From contig CAYWKL010000001.1 of assembly GCA_964459095.1 (NCBI GenBank), positions 21,253 to 85,252 of the forward strand: 64,000 nucleotides of DNA, written 5' to 3'. Shown in pieces: positions 40,039-50,752 of the stretch (its first letter is position 1; every line of letters starts with the position of its first letter). The DNA is from an uncultured Gammaproteobacteria bacterium. GTDB taxonomy: Bacteria; Patescibacteriota; Microgenomatia; Daviesbacterales; UBA10151. Under the pieces are notes generated by a model. The model ran no database searches. It saw nothing but the letters and a program-made list of their open reading frames with translations, and was not told where the DNA came from. Both the position numbers and the translations under genes were made by a program.

Positions 40039-40943
40039 CAGTTTGAAATTTTATTTTTGGCTTTTTGTACAAGCCTTTTGAGGAGATTTTTTGGAAGATT
40101 GCCATATTTAAACCAATAATCAATTTCCTTTTGCGCTTGCCTTTTTTCTAAATCCAAATCAGCTAGCGAAATCTCTTTCTCCTGGAACTTTTCATATTCC
40201 CACATTCTTAAATATAGAACAAAAAAAGAAAAAGCCTGAAGTACGCTTAAGGCTAGACCATGCAGCCCATCTTTGAAACCTTTATTTGCAAAAAAACGCC
40301 CTAAAAACTCAGAAGTGGGTTTTTTTATTAGATCTTTCCAGTCAAATTTATATCCTTCTTTTCTAAGCTCTTTTGCTTGGATTTCACTGTAACGGATCAT
40401 TCTTTGTAAGTACTGGCTAATTGAATTGTAGTGATAGTGGATTATTGCCCATCTTTCCTCTGGTGGTACTTTTACACCCTGGCCTTCTACTTTTGGTTTA
40501 CTATGTATTTTGTTCCCCCAAAAACTTCTGCCTTTTCTAAAAAAACGTATTTGATAGTCTGGCCACCACAAAGAAGCCTTCATCCATTTTCCGAAAATAA
40601 TGTTTTTTCTTGGTATCTCCAGGTAGTTTGATACTGTGTGTTTGTTTACAAAATCCTTTATATAATCTGCTAAGGAAGAAGGTATTTCCTCGTCTGCATC
40701 AACTATTAAAACCCACTCGTGAGATGCTTTTGAAATCACAAAATTTCTTGCTGGCTCAACATATCCTATTCTCTTGTGAAAAATAACTATCGCTCCTAAT
40801 TTTTTTGCAATTACTGGGGTATCATCATCAGAGTGCATATCACAAACTACAATCTCATCTACCCAGCTTAGTGAGTTAATCACCCTCTCGATAGTTTTTT
40901 CTTCATTAAAAGTATTTATTACAGCAGTAATTTTTCCATTCAT
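40038..40943 (-). CDS. GT2-family glycosyltransferase (KdtX/WaaE-like)
   Basis: 'ITAVINTFNEEKTIERVINSLSWVDEIVVCDMHSDDDT'. Confidence 0.75.
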   Translation of the reverse strand: MNGKITAVINTFNEEKTIERVINSLSWVDEIVVCDMHSDDDTPVIAKKLGAIVIFHKRIGYVEPARNFVISKASHEWVLIVDADEEIPSSLADYIKDFVNKHTVSNYLEIPRKNIIFGKWMKASLWWPDYQIRFFRKGRSFWGNKIHSKPKVEGQGVKVPPEERWAIIHYHYNSISQYLQRMIRYSEIQAKELRKEGYKFDWKDLIKKPTSEFLGRFFANKGFKDGLHGLALSVLQAFSFFVLYLRMWEYEKFQEKEISLADLDLEKRQAQKEIDYWFKYGNLPKNLLKRLVQKAKNKISN

Positions 40944-40965
40944 GATATTTCTACTATACTAAAAT

Positions 40966-42582
40966 TTAGTTCATCTTGAAAATTAATTTCTCTTCACCTA
41001 GTGGATTTGATATCGCTTGATATCCCTCTAATTTATCTTTATCAGTATTTGAAGTAATAAAAAGTGACTTTCCTTCTAGATTTTTGGCAAAATCTTCAAA
41101 ATCTTGGGCAGGTAAATTACCTATATAAACATTATCAAATTTTTTAAATTCTTTATTTAACAATTTGTTTCTTTTTTTATTTTGGGAAATAATTTTTTCA
41201 GGTTTTTGATCTGCAAAAAGAGGGTAAGCATATTCAATATTATCTATCTTGTCAGATAGTATTACAAAATCAAACTTTTTTTTATTAATGTTTGCAAATT
41301 CTGAAGCTTTCTTTGCAGAATATGACCAAAAGTCGCCGTATAGATTTGGTGACAAAAAGAAAAGTTTTTCTATAAAGAAAATAAGTTGCATTCCAATAAG
41401 AAAAATCAAGCAAAAACCAATTACTTTTCCCCATTTTAAAGAAAATAGATAAATAAATCCTGAACCTGAAGCTAAAATTAGCGGCGGGAGCATAAAAGAA
41501 CTTCTTAAGAAATGAGTTACACCCAAAAAAGCGGTTGGCACAGGTGAAATTAGAATCCAGAAAAAATTTAAGAAAAATATTTTTTTACTCTTTTTGAATA
41601 AAAAGATTAAACCAAAAAAAAGAGCAATAATTTGGGAAAAATATATTGCTCCAAAATTTGCCATATTATGACGAGGGTTTCCATCACCGCTAAAAATAAG
41701 AAATTGTGGCGAAAAATTTTCAAAATATGATTTTAAAAATAGCACAAAATATTCATTAGCTTTGTTGTGAAAAATTGATGAAATTTCTCTTGGTAATGAG
41801 CTCAACGATCTTTCTTCATTGATTTTTTGAATTACAAATGTATTTTTTTCTGGATCCGAAAAAATGTTTAACTTTGAAAATCTTTCCTCAGATCCCAGAT
41901 AAATAGTTTGATAAAAAGAGGCAAAAGCAAAAGACCCTAATATCAACACAGCAAAAATTACCTGCAACTTAACTTTTAAAAGATTTGAAATCTTATTTGT
42001 AAAAAGAACCAATGTAGGGATGAATAAAAAAAGAGTTAATTTATAAGTTGGATAAGTATGAATAGCAAATCCAAAAAGAAGGGCAGAGAGTGGATAATAC
42101 CAACCATTTTCTTTTCCTTTAAGGTACAGGAAAACTCCAAGTACTGATAAAAATAAGGCAAAGTGAGCTTCAAATCCTGCTCTACTTAAAGATATGTCCC
42201 AGGTTGAAATAGCCATTAGGGAGGCTGCAAAAAGACCGGCTTTTTCAGAAATCAACTTTTTGCCAATTAAAAAAATTAGAAGTACTAAAAGGACCCCAGA
42301 CAATGCTGACAGGCTTCGTACACCTAAGGTACTATCTTGAAAAAAAGCAACAAAAGGGATTGATGCATAGACATATACTGGGGGTCTACCACCTCCCATT
42401 GAAAAAAATAGTGGAAAACTTTGGCCTGTTTGATCTTTTCCTGTTTGGTAAAGAGATTTTGCATCCAATACTATAGTCAACTCATCTCCATAAAGTGCGG
42501 GTGGATTGTTGGAAAGATCAATAAATCTTAAAAAAAAGCTAAAAAGTAAAATTAAAGCAAGCAGTATTGTTGTTTTTTTCAT
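40966..42582 (-). CDS. GT-C glycosyltransferase, PMT/ArnT-like, paralog 6
   Basis: 'PPALYGDELTIVLDAKSLYQTGKDQTGQSFP'. Confidence 0.7.
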   Translation of the reverse strand: MKKTTILLALILLFSFFLRFIDLSNNPPALYGDELTIVLDAKSLYQTGKDQTGQSFPLFFSMGGGRPPVYVYASIPFVAFFQDSTLGVRSLSALSGVLLVLLIFLIGKKLISEKAGLFAASLMAISTWDISLSRAGFEAHFALFLSVLGVFLYLKGKENGWYYPLSALLFGFAIHTYPTYKLTLFLFIPTLVLFTNKISNLLKVKLQVIFAVLILGSFAFASFYQTIYLGSEERFSKLNIFSDPEKNTFVIQKINEERSLSSLPREISSIFHNKANEYFVLFLKSYFENFSPQFLIFSGDGNPRHNMANFGAIYFSQIIALFFGLIFLFKKSKKIFFLNFFWILISPVPTAFLGVTHFLRSSFMLPPLILASGSGFIYLFSLKWGKVIGFCLIFLIGMQLIFFIEKLFFLSPNLYGDFWSYSAKKASEFANINKKKFDFVILSDKIDNIEYAYPLFADQKPEKIISQNKKRNKLLNKEFKKFDNVYIGNLPAQDFEDFAKNLEGKSLFITSNTDKDKLEGYQAISNPLGEEKLIFKMN

Positions 42583-44567
42583 ATTTTATAAATTCTTATT
42601 CCTCCTTCATCATAAATCAGCTCAAAACTTTTTGGTACGTTTAAAAGTTCTTGATCGGGTTCTAAATATAAATATCTAGCAGAATATTTCTCGGCAAAGT
42701 TTTCTAGCTTTTTTCCGGTATCATCCTTAAAGGCCTCTTCTCTAATTCTTAATAAGTCATCTATTCTGTACCCCATTATTTTGACCTGTTCCTCATCCGA
42801 TAAAAGTGTCTTTCTTCCTGAAAATGCAGAAACATAACCGGTGTCGTACCAATTGTATATTGGTTTCGGGGGATAAGTTTTAGATCCTTTATATTTATCA
42901 AAAGGAACTGTAAGAATAATATCAGAAGGATTAGAAACCTTATTCAAAAAGGTAAGAGCATCTAAAGATTCATAGGTTATTTTTGAAAGAGGTTGATTTG
43001 TATAAAATTGCAATAATAATCCAACTTGCGTAGGAATAGAAAGTATTATTATAAAAAATGAAATGACTATTTTTAATAATTTGTGCCTTAGGGCTTTTAT
43101 GAGATCTGCTACTGTAATCGCTGCAAGAAAACCGAAAAGCAAAAGAAAGTACTGGTTAAATTGAATTGTATTCCAGGCAACTCCCTTTTGTAGAAAAAAC
43201 ACAGGAATAAAGAAAGAGAGCGTTGTTATAATAATAAAAAATAAATTAAAAAAATCTTTATATATTTTTTTGGAGGTAAGTTTAAAGTAGGTAAAAAATC
43301 CTATAAACCTCATGCCTAAATTGCCAAAAAGGAAAATCAAAAATGCAGTTGCTTCAACTTGAATAACTCTTTTCCAGTTATTTTCTGCTATGTATGTTTG
43401 TCTTCTAAGTTCAAGATCTAACCAATTTAACCGGTCAGGAGCAACCACCATTGTTCTTATAAACCACCATGGCTCATACACTAAAAATTCCTTAGAATTT
43501 TTGCTATTTGGCAAATAAATAAGCATTGAAAAAATCAACGTATACAAAAAAATAATTGAAATCTGGAGCTTTCTTTTTATGATCAATTCAAATAGTCCTG
43601 TTGCTAAAAGCCCCCCTAAAATTAAAAGACCAGCATAAATTTTAAATTCAATTATTATTGCACCAAAAAAAATGCTAAGCCAAAAATATGTTTTGTTTCT
43701 TTCTTTAATAAAATTAAAAAAGGAGATTAAAAAGGCAATTAGAATAATAAATGCTGACGCGTGAGGAGGATTTCCTAACACAGAATGAGTTTGGGAAACC
43801 CAAAAAATAGTTTCACCTGAAAGGTTATGATTTTGTGGGATTGTAAGTAAGTAACCAAAACTTCCTACAAAAAATACAAAAAACATCGACCAAAGGCCAG
43901 CAATTTTACTTCCAGACCACTTTCTAACAAGTAAATAGCTTGAAAGACCAAGAAGAAGAGAAAAAACAACAGGCATTAATCTAAAATAGATATCTAAATT
44001 AGAAAATTTATAAAGTCTGCTCATCTCTGACATTAATAAATCTGAAAAAAAATGATAATTTTGTAGAGGCTTTCCTAAATATTCAGGATTTTTAAAAGGG
44101 AAGTCTCCCCTTTTTAATTCTTCCATTAAACTTAAATGCCAAACACCATCATGGCCGTGTGAGCTGTAAAAATAAATCCCATCTTCATATTTCATACCTG
44201 AAGGAGCATTAACAGCAACCTGAAAAATTATTCCTAGGATCAGTAGAGTAAAGAAAAATTTATTATTCTTTATCCATCCTCTCAGCAATTCAAAATCAAG
44301 CTTATTTAAGGATTTAATCAAAACTAGCAAACCTAAGACCGGAATCAGCCAAATAAGAAATTTTAAATAAAGAAATGTTAAAACGTATGCACTGATTGTA
44401 AAAAAAGCAATTCCAAAAATGCTCGCTATAGTAAAGTCCTCCAAAAATCCTCTTGAGCGATAATTAATTAATCTAAGAATCACATAAGATGGAAGGGTAA
44501 AAGAGATAAGTGAAACAGTTAGAAATAAAAATAGAAGTAAAAACTGAATCAAAATATTTTCAATCAT
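42579..44567 (-). CDS. Polytopic membrane protein of an unclassified family with a 'GHDGVWH' motif (paralog of the C-terminal half of 44560..47982)
   Basis: 'FYSSHGHDGVWHLSL…NYHFFSDLL…FIGNLGMRF' versus 'GPNGHDGVWHVAL…NYHYLYDLL…FIGNLGVRF'. Both C-terminal soluble tails are alike. Confidence 0.5.
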   Translation of the reverse strand: MIENILIQFLLLFLFLTVSLISFTLPSYVILRLINYRSRGFLEDFTIASIFGIAFFTISAYVLTFLYLKFLIWLIPVLGLLVLIKSLNKLDFELLRGWIKNNKFFFTLLILGIIFQVAVNAPSGMKYEDGIYFYSSHGHDGVWHLSLMEELKRGDFPFKNPEYLGKPLQNYHFFSDLLMSEMSRLYKFSNLDIYFRLMPVVFSLLLGLSSYLLVRKWSGSKIAGLWSMFFVFFVGSFGYLLTIPQNHNLSGETIFWVSQTHSVLGNPPHASAFIILIAFLISFFNFIKERNKTYFWLSIFFGAIIIEFKIYAGLLILGGLLATGLFELIIKRKLQISIIFLYTLIFSMLIYLPNSKNSKEFLVYEPWWFIRTMVVAPDRLNWLDLELRRQTYIAENNWKRVIQVEATAFLIFLFGNLGMRFIGFFTYFKLTSKKIYKDFFNLFFIIITTLSFFIPVFFLQKGVAWNTIQFNQYFLLLFGFLAAITVADLIKALRHKLLKIVISFFIIILSIPTQVGLLLQFYTNQPLSKITYESLDALTFLNKVSNPSDIILTVPFDKYKGSKTYPPKPIYNWYDTGYVSAFSGRKTLLSDEEQVKIMGYRIDDLLRIREEAFKDDTGKKLENFAEKYSARYLYLEPDQELLNVPKSFELIYDEGGIRIYKI

Positions 44568-47500
44568 TTCTTTTCGAATAAATAATTACATCTTCGTTTT
44601 CAAAAAGAACTTTGTAATTTTCTCCATCTAGAAAACTGTTGTAAAACTTAGGGATATAAATATACTCAATTCCATTGTCAGTAAGAAACGATTTTGCTTC
44701 TCCTTTTGATGCAAAAAATTCTTTTGACTGAATTCTTCTTTTTTTATAATCAATTCCTAAAATCTCATTTTGAACTTCATCTTCCAAAAAAACTGGTTTT
44801 TCAGAAAAAGCTGAAACATATGAAGAGGTATCATATGCGAAAAGGGGCAGCGGGTCAGACAATTTTATTTTCGTAGAAGATTCATAAGGATATGTTAAGA
44901 CAATTCCTTTTTCTTGTTCCTGTAAAAAATCTAACCCTTTAAGTTCACCACTGCTAATATAGGTATGCGGCAGAGGATATAAATAACCTTTTGCAACAGC
45001 TACAGAATTTATTGGTGCTAATATTAGTATGAATCCTAAAAGTAATATATTTAATATTGAAGGTAATTTTAGATAAATAAATGCAACAAAAATCCCTGCA
45101 TAAATGGCAGAGAAATAAAGAAAATAATAAAAAAATTGAATTGTATTCCAAGGAGTTCCTATTTGTATAAAAAGAAGAGGTAAAATAAAAGAAAAAATTA
45201 AAATACAGAAAGTTAAAAATACCAAACTATTTTTTAAATACTTAAGATAAAGTAAACCTATCAAAACAAAAAATCTTACCCCTAGGTTTCCTATAAAAAA
45301 TAAAAATACACCTAAGGATTCAACTAAAAAAAACTTAAACATCTCTCCTCTTTGCAGATACGCAGATCTTGCTCCAGACAATCTTATCCAACCAATTCTG
45401 TCAGGGGTATCAATCATTGTATGAACAAGCCATAAAGGAGCAAATAAAAAGTTTTGAGAAATTTTAAAATTAGGAATAAAAATTCCAAGTGACAAAATCG
45501 AACCCAAAAGTAAAACAAATATCAAATATATTTTTTTTCTAAAGAATTGAAAAATCATTAAAATAAAAACGGATATAAAAATGAGAATCGATGAATAAGC
45601 TTTAAAACCAATTAGCCCCCCCAAAAGCATTCCGCTAACAGCTATCATCCCCCACTGTCTAGTATTTAACTTGCTTATTAGGAGCAAACTGGCAATAACT
45701 AAAATGAATGAGATCGCAAAAGGCGGATTTAAATTAAAAGATATCGATTGATTTGCCCAAAAAGAAGATTCTCCAGATAAAACTCTTTCTTTTATCCAAG
45801 TTACAACCCACCCAAAACTACCTGCAAAATATACAAAGTAAAGTGGAATTAAATATAAGGAAATGGTGTTTTTAATTTTCTCAAATTTTAGGGGTAAATT
45901 ACTTATAAAACTTACTACACCTAATCCCAAAAGAATTGAGAATAAAATAGGAAAGAATCTAAAAACTAAATCCTCTGTTGAAATGAAACTCAAACTGGAC
46001 GTAGTTGCTATTAAAAGATCATATAAATAATGATAGTTTTTTAGAACTTCACCAGAAAAAACGGGATTTTCTGGGGGTAGGCCATTTTTTATTTGATTTG
46101 CTAGTGCAACATGCCATACTCCATCATGACCATTAGGTCCCCAAAAACCCATTCCATAAATAAATGAAAGACCACTTTTAAAGGTGGGCATCACTTGGAA
46201 TATTGTTCCTAAAATTATTAAACCTAATATATATAAATTAGGCATTTTTAGGTTAAATTTATACTTTCCCTTATAAATAATACTTAAAATTAAAAACACC
46301 AAAATATAAAAAAAGAGGAGAAGGTTAAGTTTAAAAAAGCCAGCTATATAAGAGACTAATGTTAAACTCGTTAGTCCAATTACAGTTGATAAGAATACTT
46401 CTTCAACTAAAGTATTGTAGATTTTTGAAATGAACTTTCTAACTATGAAAAGTCCTGGAATAAAAATCCCAATAATAAAAAAGATTGTGAATTTAAGTGA
46501 GTTTAAAATTGCTTGAAGTGGTTTCCAAAGTAATTGCGTATCTAAAACATTTGAATTTTGTTTAGGCTCCAGAGTATTTTTTAAGGCATTTAAAATGACT
46601 CCATCAATTGAAGAAATTTGTTTATCAATGGAAATATCACGAGTCATAAAAGCAATCTCTCTATTATTCCCTGCCTGATTTTTATACGATATTAAAAAGT
46701 CACTGTTAATCCTTTTGTAATTTAAATCACTTATCTTACCTTCATCTATAACTAATTTTTGCCCAAAACTTACTTCATCTAAAACTCTTGTTGCAGATGT
46801 TGCAAAATTTAGTGTCTCACAACTGTGTTTAAAACAAAGTTCTTCTTGATTGTCCAAATATTGTCTAACATCTCTCAAAATTGAACCATCTCTTCCATAA
46901 AACCAGGCAGCTCTATAAAAAACATCCATAAACCAGACAGATTTATTTTCAGTTCCTAGTGGATCATTTGAAACAATTATTTGTTCAGGGGATAGATTTG
47001 GAAAAGTTTTTTTGTAAATTTCAGAGAATTCGCTCATGGTAAGAAAGGTTAGCTTTCTTTTTTTTCGATCTTGATCCAAAACGTCCATTTGCTTCGTATA
47101 CTCCCCTTTATACTTATTCCATGAATATGAATTCTCAAGCCCTACAACTATTTGATTAACCTGATTATATTGTTGATCTAGATATAGACTTGTTATTTTT
47201 TTAAAATAATTAATATCTAAATCATGAAAATCTATATAATCATTTGGTTGAACGCTTAAAGTACTCTCTTCAACTGCTTTTCCATAACCATTCACTGGAT
47301 CCCTTGGGGCCCATTGAGTTATTACAACTGGAATTTTATTTTCTAATGTTTGAGCCGGCAAAAGAGTATGAGTCTTTTGAGGGTAATAAGGATAACCAAA
47401 ATATTGGCCCCAAATTTGATAATTATCAGTTGAGTATTGATCTGAAACTATTAAGGCAGCGCTGATACCGTATTTTTCGTACATGTAATTCAAGGAAAAA

Positions 47501-47982
47501 CTGTCTATAAACCATGCCCCAACTGATTTCGGATAATCACCAAATGTATCTTTGAATTTACTAAAGGAGGCATCTATTAATTTAACTCTATCTTCCTTTG
47601 AATAACCTGTTAAAAATACACTTCCTGCCCAATGCCAATTCCCGGATTCGTTGTATTTGATATTAGCAAGACTAGCAAACTGTGGAGTTACTTCCAGAAA
47701 TACTCCCTTTTCATAACTCCTTTCGTTTTTTAGTAAATTTATTATTTTTGCATTTGTAAAAACATCAGGCCTTATCAAAAATGTTGCAGGAATATTTCTC
47801 TTTTTTAACTCATCAAGCTCTCCTTTAACTGCATCTTCGGGTTTTTGATCTTTAGGATCCCAAAAATCTGCTCCTCTTACGGGATTTACTACAGTAACAT
47901 AGGAGTTAGAAGCTGCAAGAATCTTATTGGGGTAAAGAAGAGTTACTACTAAAGTTAAAACAAATAAAGTTATTTTAAACAT
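44560..47982 (-). CDS. 1140-aa protein: signal peptide + conserved extracytoplasmic domain (shared with 13946..15967) + 'GHDGVWH'-family polytopic membrane domain + C-terminal soluble tail
   Basis: See the two paralogy observations above. N-terminal 'MFKITLFVLTLVVTLLYPNKILAASNS' signal peptide. Confidence 0.5.
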   Translation of the reverse strand: MFKITLFVLTLVVTLLYPNKILAASNSYVTVVNPVRGADFWDPKDQKPEDAVKGELDELKKRNIPATFLIRPDVFTNAKIINLLKNERSYEKGVFLEVTPQFASLANIKYNESGNWHWAGSVFLTGYSKEDRVKLIDASFSKFKDTFGDYPKSVGAWFIDSFSLNYMYEKYGISAALIVSDQYSTDNYQIWGQYFGYPYYPQKTHTLLPAQTLENKIPVVITQWAPRDPVNGYGKAVEESTLSVQPNDYIDFHDLDINYFKKITSLYLDQQYNQVNQIVVGLENSYSWNKYKGEYTKQMDVLDQDRKKRKLTFLTMSEFSEIYKKTFPNLSPEQIIVSNDPLGTENKSVWFMDVFYRAAWFYGRDGSILRDVRQYLDNQEELCFKHSCETLNFATSATRVLDEVSFGQKLVIDEGKISDLNYKRINSDFLISYKNQAGNNREIAFMTRDISIDKQISSIDGVILNALKNTLEPKQNSNVLDTQLLWKPLQAILNSLKFTIFFIIGIFIPGLFIVRKFISKIYNTLVEEVFLSTVIGLTSLTLVSYIAGFFKLNLLLFFYILVFLILSIIYKGKYKFNLKMPNLYILGLIILGTIFQVMPTFKSGLSFIYGMGFWGPNGHDGVWHVALANQIKNGLPPENPVFSGEVLKNYHYLYDLLIATTSSLSFISTEDLVFRFFPILFSILLGLGVVSFISNLPLKFEKIKNTISLYLIPLYFVYFAGSFGWVVTWIKERVLSGESSFWANQSISFNLNPPFAISFILVIASLLLISKLNTRQWGMIAVSGMLLGGLIGFKAYSSILIFISVFILMIFQFFRKKIYLIFVLLLGSILSLGIFIPNFKISQNFLFAPLWLVHTMIDTPDRIGWIRLSGARSAYLQRGEMFKFFLVESLGVFLFFIGNLGVRFFVLIGLLYLKYLKNSLVFLTFCILIFSFILPLLFIQIGTPWNTIQFFYYFLYFSAIYAGIFVAFIYLKLPSILNILLLGFILILAPINSVAVAKGYLYPLPHTYISSGELKGLDFLQEQEKGIVLTYPYESSTKIKLSDPLPLFAYDTSSYVSAFSEKPVFLEDEVQNEILGIDYKKRRIQSKEFFASKGEAKSFLTDNGIEYIYIPKFYNSFLDGENYKVLFENEDVIIYSKRND

Positions 47983-49453
47983 TTCTTAGAGATTTTATAT
48001 CGTTTTTGATTTTGTCTTTTCCAAAAATAAAGATCAATGTAAAATAACAGCTCACCCCTATAAATATTGCCAGTATTAACGAAAAAACCTCTCTTACAAA
48101 GAAAATTGAAAATGTATAAACCAATATTGCCATGAGCAGTGAGGAAATTGTGGGGAGTGCAACAGCCTCTAAAACTTTTATAGCTAAGACTTTTTTGACA
48201 TAAATAATCGTTAGTACAGAGCTGAAAGAAATTACAAATGAGGAAACTGCCACCCCTTGAAAACCTATTACTAAACTAAGTATTGGTGTCAGTATAAAAG
48301 TAAGAACAGTCCACATTACCATTAACTTCAAAGTAATTTTTATTTGCCCTATTGCATTAAGGGTATTTGTAAATGTTGTAGAAATTACAGCCCAATAAGT
48401 CGAGAATGCAAAAAGGTAAAAACTAAAAACAGCGGGTTTCCATTTATCAGAAACAACAAATTCAACTAAAGATGGTAGAATTGCTCCAATCCCAAAAAGA
48501 ACTGGATAAACTAAAAGCGAAGTTATAAAAAGTGATTTTTCAACTAATTTAGATAAATTTTCTTTGTCTTCTTGCAGTCTTGAAAAAGCAGGAAAAGTAA
48601 TTCTTATAACAACATTCATTATTTCAAGAGGTAAAAGTGCCAGTGATTGGGACCATGTAACATATCCAACACCGGATGTTCCTATTATCTTTGCTACAAC
48701 TAGTGGGACAAGACGGTCCTTTGCTAGAGCCAACAAAGTATTTAGCTGGAAAGGCACCCCAAAAGATAAAAGTCTTTTTGCTGAAATTTTATCAACACCT
48801 ATGCCGATTTTAACCGGGGCAACTATATATATTGCTAATACTCCTAAAAATGATCTGGAAAAGGAAGCAATTGTAAAACTCCAAAGATCAAAATTTAAAA
48901 AAACTAAAGCAATCAATAGTCCGTTAAAAACAAATGTTTCAAGAATTTCCACCCCAACAAGAGGTTTAAAATTTAAATTACGCTCAAGCATTACTGAGGG
49001 TATAACTTTAAGAGAAGTTAAAAAAAAGCAGATCCCAAGTACTCTTACCAACCACACCCCATTTTCATCTAAACCATAAAATGACGAAAGAAGTGGGGCT
49101 AAAACAACAATAATAACACTTAGTGCACTAACAAGAGTTTGTTGAATTGTAAAGGTTGTTTTTATATCCTGATGAGTTATCTCATCTTTTTTTTGTATTA
49201 AGGAAGCTCCTAAACCTACATCAGAAAAGAAAGCAAAAAAAGAAATGACTGCAGTAGCTATATTAAAAACTCCTAATGTATCAACAGGTAAAACTCGAGC
49301 AAGGATTATATTTATTGTCAAAAACCCTATTGCTCGAAGAGCAATTTGTCTTGCTGTGAGAGTAATGAAGGAAGATTTTATTCTTCCTTTAATCTCAGAA
49401 AGACTTAAATAAGCAGAGCTTTTCTTAGAATAAGCAGAACTGGATAAATCCAT
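47975..49453 (-). CDS. Wzx-like (MOP-superfamily) oligosaccharide flippase / polysaccharide biosynthesis protein
   Basis: 'ARQIALRAIGFLTINIILARVLPVDTLGVFNIATAV' N-terminus. About 14 helices over 492 aa. Confidence 0.7.
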   Translation of the reverse strand: MDLSSSAYSKKSSAYLSLSEIKGRIKSSFITLTARQIALRAIGFLTINIILARVLPVDTLGVFNIATAVISFFAFFSDVGLGASLIQKKDEITHQDIKTTFTIQQTLVSALSVIIVVLAPLLSSFYGLDENGVWLVRVLGICFFLTSLKVIPSVMLERNLNFKPLVGVEILETFVFNGLLIALVFLNFDLWSFTIASFSRSFLGVLAIYIVAPVKIGIGVDKISAKRLLSFGVPFQLNTLLALAKDRLVPLVVAKIIGTSGVGYVTWSQSLALLPLEIMNVVIRITFPAFSRLQEDKENLSKLVEKSLFITSLLVYPVLFGIGAILPSLVEFVVSDKWKPAVFSFYLFAFSTYWAVISTTFTNTLNAIGQIKITLKLMVMWTVLTFILTPILSLVIGFQGVAVSSFVISFSSVLTIIYVKKVLAIKVLEAVALPTISSLLMAILVYTFSIFFVREVFSLILAIFIGVSCYFTLIFIFGKDKIKNDIKSLRNV

Positions 49454-49480
49454 AAGTTAATTTTAACAAAGAAGCTTAGT

Positions 49481-50752
49481 TCATACATTTCCCAAATTCT
49501 TTTTTGAAAAAAATGAGTAAAAATAATAAGTGCAGGCCCCAACAAAAATACTTTGGATAATACTTCTTGAGAAATTATAATCTAAGCTTATATTTAGAGA
49601 CTGCCAAATACTGACTGAATCATATAAATTAGGCGCAATAGGAGAGAAAAGTCCTATTGTTAGTCCGGGATCAAAAAAGAAAAGGGAAGCAAACCAACTA
49701 AAAAGAATTAAACTTAAAGGAATTAAACTCTCAAATCCTGAACGGATTAGGTGAATTGCCAAAAATGGTGTTACCCATAGTAACCATTGAGGATGAAAGT
49801 GAGTAAAAATAAAAAAAGACAAAAGTATAATTAAAAAAATATTCCATAAGTTTTTTCTCTCAATACCCTTTATAGAGATAAAGATATAAAGAAATATTAA
49901 AAGGGTAGGAAAAAGTAATATTGACTCGCCTCCTGAAATTGGAACTGCGGCGTAAAAACTTTTCAAAGTTTGATTTGCTACTAACGCTGAGTTCTTGAAA
50001 CCACTTGAGCTTAAAAAGGGGAGTATGAGTATTATATAGGGAATTAGCCCTAAGAAAAAAATTCCTGCTCTTTCAAAAAAACTCTTTTTTATTAAGGCTA
50101 AGGATACTAAAAGAAAAAGTGGGTAGATTTTAAAAGCTATACCTAACCCTAAACTTATTGAGGCAAAAGACGTAAATTTTGAATATTGAGAGCGTGCTAC
50201 AAAGTAAATTGCCAAAATTGAAAAAAAAGTAGGGATAATATCAAATTGTCCCATCATATAAGTTGCATAAATATCAATTGGATTAAACATCCAAAACATA
50301 AGTATTAAAAACTTATCCTTTTTTTCTGTAAATAATTTCATTAATAAAAAGGCTACACTTAAATCAAAAATCAAATAGGGTATTTTGAGTGTCAAAAGAT
50401 GCACGAGAAGGGAAGAGGACAAAAGAGTATCTTTAATGTTGATTAAAAAGTTAATTCTAAACTCCTCACCTACAACTAAAGCAAAAGGTGCTCCAAAACC
50501 TCCAAGGAAAAAATATACAGCAGGGGGATAGTTAAAATTAAACTGCCCAAAGGTTTTATTTATTGGATTCCCCTTTGATAAATTTGGAAGATAATCATAA
50601 AAATTTAAAGGATTAGTTTTTGATAAAACATATCCACCTAGATCAAAAATTTGAATATCAGAGTGATAAGTAAAAGGGGAAATAAGCAACCTTAAAAGTA
50701 TACCTACTATTAAAATGGCAGCGAATTTGTTCACTATTAAATCATATAACAA
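49481..50752 (-). CDS. Polytopic membrane protein, possible GT-C-type (DUF2029-like?)
   Basis: Hydrophobic throughout. 'FTYHSDIQIFDLGGY' early loop. I recognise no firm family motif. Confidence 0.4.
   Translation of the reverse strand: MLYDLIVNKFAAILIVGILLRLLISPFTYHSDIQIFDLGGYVLSKTNPLNFYDYLPNLSKGNPINKTFGQFNFNYPPAVYFFLGGFGAPFALVVGEEFRINFLINIKDTLLSSSLLVHLLTLKIPYLIFDLSVAFLLMKLFTEKKDKFLILMFWMFNPIDIYATYMMGQFDIIPTFFSILAIYFVARSQYSKFTSFASISLGLGIAFKIYPLFLLVSLALIKKSFFERAGIFFLGLIPYIILILPFLSSSGFKNSALVANQTLKSFYAAVPISGGESILLFPTLLIFLYIFISIKGIERKNLWNIFLIILLSFFIFTHFHPQWLLWVTPFLAIHLIRSGFESLIPLSLILFSWFASLFFFDPGLTIGLFSPIAPNLYDSVSIWQSLNISLDYNFSRSIIQSIFVGACTYYFYSFFSKKNLGNV

Noticed and set aside
48564-49079. 171-aa plus-strand ORF antisense to the Wzx flippase gene
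   Set aside because: It is wholly contained in the 492-aa Wzx ORF, which has a clear MOP-family N-terminus. It has no motif of its own, so it is an antisense artefact.
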